Origin: an uncultured Clostridia bacterium
GTDB taxonomy: Bacteria; Bacillota; Clostridia; Oscillospirales; CAG-272
Assembly: GCA_947627475.1 (NCBI GenBank)
Contig: CANQWE010000004.1
Coordinates: 7-64,006, forward strand
DNA length: 64,000 bases
Direction of reading: 5' to 3'
The notes under the pieces are model-generated. The model did no database searches. It had not been told where the DNA came from and saw nothing but the letters and a program-made list of their open reading frames with translations. Each line of letters starts with the position of its first letter. The first letter of the stretch is position 1. Positions 35,211 through 41,916 of the stretch are shown piece after piece. The position numbers and the translations under genes are program-made.

Positions 35211-35759
35211 TTATAATTGTTGATATTGTTCTTGTAAATACGATCTGATAAAGCCAAGCACTTCATAGCTGTCCAGAGGAATATCCTCCCCCAGTATACT
35301 GCGCATTTCAGCCGTATTCATTGCAACACTGCCGGAAGGTTTACAGTGGCAGTAAACAAAATCTACGTCCGGGCTTCCCTGAACCAGGGTCACGATCGTT
35401 TCTGTAAGATCCCCAAGCGGGATAAAATCAATATGATCTGTGTGAAACACAGCAGTTACCACCGTACCGTGATCTGCATACTCCGCTGCACTTTTGGAAG
35501 CAACCGTAACGTCGCCCCCAGTCTGCCGGGCAAGCATCTGCAGAAAAGGAACGCCCAGTCCGACGCTTCGGGTCTTTCTGGTAGTGTAAAACGGATCAAA
35601 CAGGCGTCTGACCTGCTCCGGGGTCATACCGCAGCCGTCGTCCTGAACGGTCAGCGTCAGTACCGCATCCCGCTCCTCCAGTCGGATTTCAATATGCTTA
35701 GCTCCCGCCCGTACAGAATTCATGGCAATATCCAATATATAGAGAGATAAATCTTTCAT
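35211..35759 (-). CDS. GHKL (histidine-kinase-like) ATPase domain protein
   Basis: DDGCGM, DPFYTTRK, GLGVPF boxes (N, G1, G2-like). Its ATG at 35759 overlaps the stop of the PHP gene (ATGA). Confidence 0.8.
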   Translation of the reverse strand: MKDLSLYILDIAMNSVRAGAKHIEIRLEERDAVLTLTVQDDGCGMTPEQVRRLFDPFYTTRKTRSVGLGVPFLQMLARQTGGDVTVASKSAAEYADHGTVVTAVFHTDHIDFIPLGDLTETIVTLVQGSPDVDFVYCHCKPSGSVAMNTAEMRSILGEDIPLDSYEVLGFIRSYLQEQYQQL

Positions 35760-36490
35760 TTGCCCTCCAAAATTGCCAGAAGATTTTCCCGCACCAAGGC
35801 ACTGCTGTACGGCTCGTCCTGGATTTCTATACTGTGCTGCGCACCGGATATATCCCACAAGTAATGTGCGTCGGAGCTGGTAACACAGCGTAAATTCTCT
35901 AACACAGGATAGGCAGACGCAAGCTCCAGCCGATTTCCTGTGGGACTCAGCTCGAAGCTGGTATACCTGGGCTCTGTAGGAAACGTGCCCAATACAGAAA
36001 TCACGCCGCCGGATTCCCGGTCAATGTGCGCAGGCATACACATGCCCCCAAAGGAGCGGCACAACCGGGTCCCCTCTTCCAAGGAAAGGGACGTGGCGCT
36101 GATCAGCAGGGTTTCTTCCTCCCGCAGCACCCGGTCTGCAGCATCCATCACAAGCTGGTGTCCGAAAATATCCGGCCGGTTCTTCACAGGCATTCTTGCC
36201 GCCGCCACATGCTCTCCAAAAGCCATCGCTCCGTCCAAATCCCGAAACAGGCACAGCAGATGGATCTCCTCCGCAGTAGTGAGTTCCATACCAGGCACAG
36301 GAATAATACCATATGTCCTGCACGTCTGCCAAAAAGCAGGGCAGTTATCTGTTGTGTTATGATCGGTAAGGGCCGCGATCTGCAGCCCTGCCACGGCCGC
36401 CATGCCGGCGATGTTCGCAGGCGTCATATCCGTATCCCCGCAAGGGGACAGGCAGGAATGGATATGCAGATCGTAATAATATTTACTCAT
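35756..36490 (-). CDS. PHP-domain metal-dependent phosphoesterase
   Basis: YYDLHIHS ... LTDHNT PHP motifs. Start at 36490 overlaps the upstream gene by 8 nt. Confidence 0.85.
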   Translation of the reverse strand: MSKYYYDLHIHSCLSPCGDTDMTPANIAGMAAVAGLQIAALTDHNTTDNCPAFWQTCRTYGIIPVPGMELTTAEEIHLLCLFRDLDGAMAFGEHVAAARMPVKNRPDIFGHQLVMDAADRVLREEETLLISATSLSLEEGTRLCRSFGGMCMPAHIDRESGGVISVLGTFPTEPRYTSFELSPTGNRLELASAYPVLENLRCVTSSDAHYLWDISGAQHSIEIQDEPYSSALVRENLLAILEGK

Positions 36491-36815
36491 TGGACAAAGC
36501 AGAGCCAAGGGAGCAGCACAGTTGATACACAGACCGGGTATCGGAAAAAAAGGTCACATCCTTTTCCGCGGCAGCCTGCAGCGTCTCCGCATCCGGCTGC
36601 ACGCCTTCTGCTAAAATCACACACGCCGCTTCTGTAAGGCTGGCTACCGCCGCCACATTTATATTGGACATGATCGTAACCCAAATATCCCCCGCCTGGG
36701 CATGGCTCATCACCCAGCTAAGCAGGTCTCCCGCATAAACGCCGGCAGCTTCCTTATCCAGGCTGCCGCAAATATGGGAGAGGGAAAGTCTGTCCACCAG
36801 TACATGCAATTTCAT
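36483..36815 (-). CDS. DRTGG-domain protein (copy 2 in transcription order)
   Basis: About 110 aa, similar in architecture to 38615-38983. ATG at 36815 lies immediately after the stop of the upstream gene. Confidence 0.6.
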   Translation of the reverse strand: MKLHVLVDRLSLSHICGSLDKEAAGVYAGDLLSWVMSHAQAGDIWVTIMSNINVAAVASLTEAACVILAEGVQPDAETLQAAAEKDVTFFSDTRSVYQLCCSLGSALSNE

Positions 36816-36821
36816 AAGCAA

Positions 36822-38162
36822 TTATCCGTTCTCAGGCTTTGGATGCGTATCCTCTCCGCAGGGCTGTGTACGCAGTACTTCCTTCACCTGTGCGGCATCC
36901 TTTCTCTTTTCAATATAGTCGTGAAAAACCATCCGCATGAATACCACGCATTCGTCTGCACACGCCTCTCCCCGGACAATATCCTCAGCAAACGCTGCGC
37001 AGGTCGGGGCGCCGCAGGATCCGCAGTCCAAATCAGGAAGGTCTTTTCGAATATCCTGAATATCTGCCATCATCCGCATGGCTTCTTTCCTGTCCTGGGA
37101 CAGCGGGGACGCCGGCGCATATTCCACAGGCGGCATAACCGCTTCCTCCGGCACATCCCCTTCTCCTGGATGGAGATTGGGCGATACAGGCAAATACCGC
37201 TTCAAGGACTGGATCCGCGCCTTTGCTATGTATGGATTCGCCACAGTCATCACCCCGCCCACGCAGCCGCCGTCACAGGCATTGAGCTCTACAAACTCCA
37301 GTTCGGGGAAATCGGCGTTTTCAATCTGATCCAGCACACGGATGACATTTTCAATTCCATCGGCTGCAAGATACCGGTCGTTAAACACCGCGGTAGATTC
37401 CCCGCCGGCAACTGCCCAGCTGACGCCCACCATCCCAGAATCTGTTGAAGTCTGCGGAACGATGATTTTATTCATATGGGATACCAGTGGAAAGTATACG
37501 TCGGATATAGATAGAACCAAATCAATGTTGCTCTTTTGTCCTGCAAAGGAATTTTTCACATAACTGACTTTTGCCGGGCAAGGAGAAATAAAGCAAATGC
37601 CGATTTCCTCCGCTGTAAGCTCAGGATGCTCCCTAAGCACTTTTTCTCTGGCCAGTTTTCCTGCGATTTCAACGGGAGGCAGAATCGGCAGCACATTCTC
37701 ACATAAGTATGGAAAACGCATACTGATCAGCCGAACGATCACTGGGCAGGCTGAACTGATCACCGGTTTTTTGAGTCCCTCCCTGCGCAGATACTGTCTG
37801 GTATAGCCAGACACCAGTTCCGCTGCTTTAGAGACCTCATACACCTCGTCAAAGCCCATATCTAAAAGGCCCTGCAATACAAAGTCTATATCAGAAAGAT
37901 GATCAAACTGTCCATACAAAGAAGGAGCAGGAAGTGCAACCTTATACCGAAACTGCCCCATCGCCTCTAAGGAATCATGGGTCGCTTTTTTTGCCTTATA
38001 TGGACAAACACGAATGCACTCGCCACAGTCAATACACCGCTGGGAACGAATTCTCGCCTTCCCTTCCCGGATGCGGATCGCCTCCGTCGGGCAACGCTTC
38101 AGGCAGTGTGTACACCCCTTACATTTATCCACATCAAGGGACACTGAATGCTTATATTCCAT
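36822..38162 (-). CDS. Putative sensory [FeFe]-hydrogenase-like protein (HydS-type, no PAS domain)
   Basis: N-terminal 2x[4Fe-4S] ferredoxin motifs. Variant H-cluster motifs SSACP, SPCPAK, ELNACDGGCVGG. C-terminal CGSCGAPTC-x16-C. Confidence 0.8.
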   Translation of the reverse strand: MEYKHSVSLDVDKCKGCTHCLKRCPTEAIRIREGKARIRSQRCIDCGECIRVCPYKAKKATHDSLEAMGQFRYKVALPAPSLYGQFDHLSDIDFVLQGLLDMGFDEVYEVSKAAELVSGYTRQYLRREGLKKPVISSACPVIVRLISMRFPYLCENVLPILPPVEIAGKLAREKVLREHPELTAEEIGICFISPCPAKVSYVKNSFAGQKSNIDLVLSISDVYFPLVSHMNKIIVPQTSTDSGMVGVSWAVAGGESTAVFNDRYLAADGIENVIRVLDQIENADFPELEFVELNACDGGCVGGVMTVANPYIAKARIQSLKRYLPVSPNLHPGEGDVPEEAVMPPVEYAPASPLSQDRKEAMRMMADIQDIRKDLPDLDCGSCGAPTCAAFAEDIVRGEACADECVVFMRMVFHDYIEKRKDAAQVKEVLRTQPCGEDTHPKPENG

Positions 38163-38192
38163 TCTATCAGCTCCACAACCGATGAAGCGGCG

Positions 38193-38618
38193 TTACACCT
38201 TTACCTTCATCACAATTTTTGTACCCTTGCCTAGCTCTGTCTCAATTTCCATGGAATCCGTATATTTTTTCATATTCGGCAGTCCCATACCGGCTCCAAA
38301 TCCAAGAGAGCGGATGTTGTCCCTGGCTGTAGAAAAGCCCTCCTGCATGGCAAGAGACACGTCCGCAATACCCGGTCCCTGGTCCCGCAGCACCATGATT
38401 ATTTCATCGGGAAGCACAAATACATCTGCAGTACCCCCATTTGCATGGATTACCATATTGATTTCACCCTCATACATAGCAATTGCCACCTTGCGGATGA
38501 TGTCCGGCGGGAAACCCAACTGGCGAAGGTTCTTTTTTACCTCCACTGACGCAGCGCCGGCAGAAGAAAAATCCTCTCCGTCTACGTCAAAATGAAAATT
38601 GATTCCTGCGTCTGTCAT
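38193..38618 (-). CDS. RsbW/SpoIIAB-like anti-sigma-type serine kinase (GHKL ATPase)
   Basis: 141 aa with EGEINMVIHA, DQGPGI and GFGAGMGLPN boxes. Overlaps the upstream gene by 4 nt. Confidence 0.8.
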   Translation of the reverse strand: MTDAGINFHFDVDGEDFSSAGAASVEVKKNLRQLGFPPDIIRKVAIAMYEGEINMVIHANGGTADVFVLPDEIIMVLRDQGPGIADVSLAMQEGFSTARDNIRSLGFGAGMGLPNMKKYTDSMEIETELGKGTKIVMKVKV

Positions 38619-38983
38619 TCTGCCGCCACTTTCGTTCCATTAAGGCCGGCGCTGTACAGAGTGCCGCAGGCTTCATACATGCGAAGCGCAGAGTGCATCA
38701 CCACGATGCCGCTGCCCCGAGCAAGCTCCACCATCTCCGGCGTTGGATTTTTCCCGCGCACAAAGACGACGCAGTGCATATCCATCATTTCCGCAGTACG
38801 CATCACCTGAGGATTGACAAGACCCGTGAGCAAAACGGCCTGGTCCTTTACAAAGGCAAGCACGTCGCTCATCATATCGCTGCTGCAGGCTGAGTACACT
38901 TCTCTGTCCAGTTGGTCTTCTCCGCACAGGAGCTCAGCGTCCAGAAGCTCTCTGATTTTTCTGATTTTCAAATTTCTGCCCAT
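38615..38983 (-). CDS. DRTGG-domain protein (copy 1)
   Basis: 122 aa, with AVLLTGL ... VVFVRG pattern typical of DRTGG domains. Confidence 0.65.
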   Translation of the reverse strand: MGRNLKIRKIRELLDAELLCGEDQLDREVYSACSSDMMSDVLAFVKDQAVLLTGLVNPQVMRTAEMMDMHCVVFVRGKNPTPEMVELARGSGIVVMHSALRMYEACGTLYSAGLNGTKVAAE

Positions 38984-39034
38984 GCCTTTCCGATTTCATA
39001 TCAAATAGATATTTTCTGCAGGAAGGTTTTTGTC

Positions 39035-39532
39035 TCAGCCTTGATATTTTGCGATAATTCCTTTAATGTCGTCCGGCACAAGTCTTCCGTAAACGTCTTC
39101 TCCCACGGTAAGCACGGGAGCCAGTCCGCACGCACCGATACAGCGGGTAGCTTCCAGGCTGAATTTTCCATCGTCTGTCACACCGCCGCTTTCGATTCCA
39201 AGCTCTTTTTCCAGTCTCTCCATCAGAAGGCCGCTGCCCTTCACATAGCAAGCGGTTCCAAGACAGACGCTTACCGGATACTGCCCCTTCGGATTGAGCA
39301 AAAACTGGGAATAGAACGTGGCGACGCCAAACACTTCAGAAACAGGGATTCCCATTTTCACTGCAATATGCTTTTGTACCTCGGGGGGGAGGTAGCCATA
39401 AATCTCCTGGGCCTTCTGCATGATCGGCATTAAGGCGCCATCTTCGTCCTTGTGCTGCTCGATGACCGCATCAAGCTGCGCATGCAGCTGGGGATTGTCA
39501 GTAAATTCTACTGACGTCAGTTTCTTTTTCAT
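39035..39532 (-). CDS. hydC: NuoE-like [2Fe-2S] hydrogenase subunit
   Basis: CLGTACYVKG ... CIGACGLAP NuoE cysteine pattern. Start set to the ATG at 39532 (SD caggagga). Confidence 0.92.
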   Translation of the reverse strand: MKKKLTSVEFTDNPQLHAQLDAVIEQHKDEDGALMPIMQKAQEIYGYLPPEVQKHIAVKMGIPVSEVFGVATFYSQFLLNPKGQYPVSVCLGTACYVKGSGLLMERLEKELGIESGGVTDDGKFSLEATRCIGACGLAPVLTVGEDVYGRLVPDDIKGIIAKYQG

Positions 39533-39694
39533 AGATCTTCCTGTCCTCCTGAACAAGTATGTTATCTACAGTATTATACAATAAAATATTATCGATTTCC
39601 ATAGTTTATAGCAATTTTATTGATTTTTTTCGTGCTATTTTCTATTGTTTTATCCACTTTGTATTATTTATGGTTAAAATATCCACAACAGCAA

Positions 39695-39724
39695 TAAAAA
39701 GAGGGACTTGCCGTCCCTCATTTT
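39695..39724 (-). terminator. Intrinsic terminator overlapping the stop codon of the upstream gene
   Basis: Minus strand has stem gagggac / gtccctc followed by TTTTTA. Confidence 0.75.
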
Positions 39725-40956
39725 GTACCTGTATTTTCTTTCGGAGCTACCAAAAACGCGTTCGGCAAAATACGTCCAAGGGAAGGATTCGCCGAACAGT
39801 TTTTTGTAATCACTTCTCCCTTGTAAGCCAATACACTGGAAGCACCCCCGTCACAGCTGGATGCATTGATCACATTATAGGACATAAGAATATCTGCCAT
39901 ATCCCCCACTGTACATCCGATGGAGTGCGAGACGTCCCGTCCATCGATGATCAGCATTGCGATGACGCCATCCTCCCGCTGGCCAATTGCAGTACGGGGC
40001 TGGAGTCCGTATCCCGCAGAGCCAGATACCTGTTTCACACCGTCTGCGATCAGTACTGGGCTGAATTGGATTCCATCCCGTATGTTGGTATATGTACTCC
40101 AAAGGGAGATATTGCCTACCACCAATTTGTTGTCTGTGGTCAGAACAATACTGCCGTAGTAATTTACAAAGTCTCCCCAGTATTCGCCCTGGGAACAGCT
40201 GATGCCCACAACAACTCCGCCGTTTCCTTCTCCTCCCGGGTCCCGGAATCCGCTTGCATTGATTCCAGCGATAGCGCCATACTGTTCCATCATGTCCAAA
40301 ATACGCATGCCTGTTTGGTTTTTATAGGCGGTGGATCCCAGATACACTCTGGAAGGATCGTCCACCAGCATGATTTTTCCTTTGTATCCGGACCCTATGA
40401 TTTCTGATACCACCAGCCCCTGTTCAATGTCGTTGATAAGCACGGTATTTCCGGCATAATCTTTGCCGCCCACCACCAGATTTTTCTGATTCAGTATATC
40501 CTTTTGAACCGGCGGCTTCTCTACCGGCTTATCCACCGGGTCTCCGGTGGATAAGCTGTCTCCCCCGCCAAGTACATCATCATCCGTGGCCAGATTTGCC
40601 ATGACCTCGTCTATGATATCCTGGGGGAAAAAGCTTTCTGCCAGCCAATGATGCCGTCCGGTCGTCATTGCTGTCTCGATCCAGATCCCTCTCCAATGGG
40701 CAATAAAAGGATTAGAGGAATAGACAAATATCACATAGCACACAGTAAGGAGCAGAATCAGTCCTACAGGAATACCGATGCCGATATAAAACCGCTTGCG
40801 TTTTTTACGCTCTGCCGCAGCATCTCTCTTTCTGTGCAGACTCGTCAGATTCAGCTGTTTATCCTGTTTCGGCACCCGTTTCTTAGGTTTCGGCAGGAAA
40901 GCGACTGAAACGCTTTCCTGCCGTTTTTGCTCTTTTGTCATGTTTCTGTTTCCCAT
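39718..40956 (-). CDS. Membrane-anchored phosphodiester glycosidase (DUF2233/NAGPA-like) family protein
   Basis: Basic N-terminal tail, one TM, and a C-terminal AIGQREDG ... IIDGRD ... CDGGASS pattern. Confidence 0.7.
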   Translation of the reverse strand: MGNRNMTKEQKRQESVSVAFLPKPKKRVPKQDKQLNLTSLHRKRDAAAERKKRKRFYIGIGIPVGLILLLTVCYVIFVYSSNPFIAHWRGIWIETAMTTGRHHWLAESFFPQDIIDEVMANLATDDDVLGGGDSLSTGDPVDKPVEKPPVQKDILNQKNLVVGGKDYAGNTVLINDIEQGLVVSEIIGSGYKGKIMLVDDPSRVYLGSTAYKNQTGMRILDMMEQYGAIAGINASGFRDPGGEGNGGVVVGISCSQGEYWGDFVNYYGSIVLTTDNKLVVGNISLWSTYTNIRDGIQFSPVLIADGVKQVSGSAGYGLQPRTAIGQREDGVIAMLIIDGRDVSHSIGCTVGDMADILMSYNVINASSCDGGASSVLAYKGEVITKNCSANPSLGRILPNAFLVAPKENTGTK

Positions 40957-40982
40957 ATTTTATCAGCATCTTGCCAAAGCAA

Positions 40983-41858
40983 TTACAGACCTTCTACAGC
41001 ATCCGCTGCAGGTACGATATATTCGTTTTCCATCAGTTCGATCACACCTTTGTCTACCAGTGCTGTCAGCTTTGTATCCAGAGGAATTCTTGCAAGAAGA
41101 GGAATGCCATATTCTCCCGCGACCGTCTCAGCCCTGCTTTCGCCAAACAACGGGATTTCCTTGCCGCAGTCCGGACATACCGCATAGGACATGTTTTCCA
41201 CCATCCCCAGAATGGGAATGTTCATAAGCTTCGCCATATTCACCGCTTTTTCCACAATCATAGAAACCAGTTCCTGGGGCGTTGTCACAATAATGATTCC
41301 GTCCAGGGGCAGAGACTGGAATACGGTAAGGGGTACGTCACCTGTTCCGGGAGGCATATCTACAAACATGTAGTCTACATCTGTCCAGATCACATCTGTC
41401 CAAAACTGCTTTACAGCGCCTGCAATCACAGGTCCCCGCCAAACTACCGGGCTGCGGGCATCCTCCAAGAGCAGGTTGACGCTCATCAGCTGAATGCCTG
41501 TTTTGGTATATGCGGGAAGCATCGTTTCTCCACTGACTTCCACGCCTCCGGATACACCAAAGGCCTTCGGCACAGAAGGGCCGGTTATATCTGCGTCCAA
41601 TACGGCAACACCCCAGGAACGCCGACGCATCTCTGTGGCCAGCATGGAAGTGACTAGGGATTTACCAACACCGCCTTTTCCCGAGACAACGCCAACAACG
41701 TGCCGCACAGAGGAGGCAGGGTTTAAAGGTTCCTTCTGAATTTCGGGCCCCCTGGAAGCGCAGTCCGCACTGCAGCTGGAGCAATCATGGGTACATGTAT
41801 TTTGTTCGTCCATTATATCAAACTCCGATCTACTTATTATAGGATATTGATCATCCAT
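40983..41858 (-). CDS. Mrp/NBP35/ApbC-family Fe-S cluster carrier ATPase
   Basis: Deviant Walker A SGKGGVGKS, CPxC (CPDC), N-terminal Cys-rich stretch. Confidence 0.9.
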   Translation of the reverse strand: MDDQYPIISRSEFDIMDEQNTCTHDCSSCSADCASRGPEIQKEPLNPASSVRHVVGVVSGKGGVGKSLVTSMLATEMRRRSWGVAVLDADITGPSVPKAFGVSGGVEVSGETMLPAYTKTGIQLMSVNLLLEDARSPVVWRGPVIAGAVKQFWTDVIWTDVDYMFVDMPPGTGDVPLTVFQSLPLDGIIIVTTPQELVSMIVEKAVNMAKLMNIPILGMVENMSYAVCPDCGKEIPLFGESRAETVAGEYGIPLLARIPLDTKLTALVDKGVIELMENEYIVPAADAVEGL

Positions 41859-41916
41859 ACCGTTTATTTTATAACAAAATCATCGATAATACAACACCTT
41901 TGCATGGATTATATAA

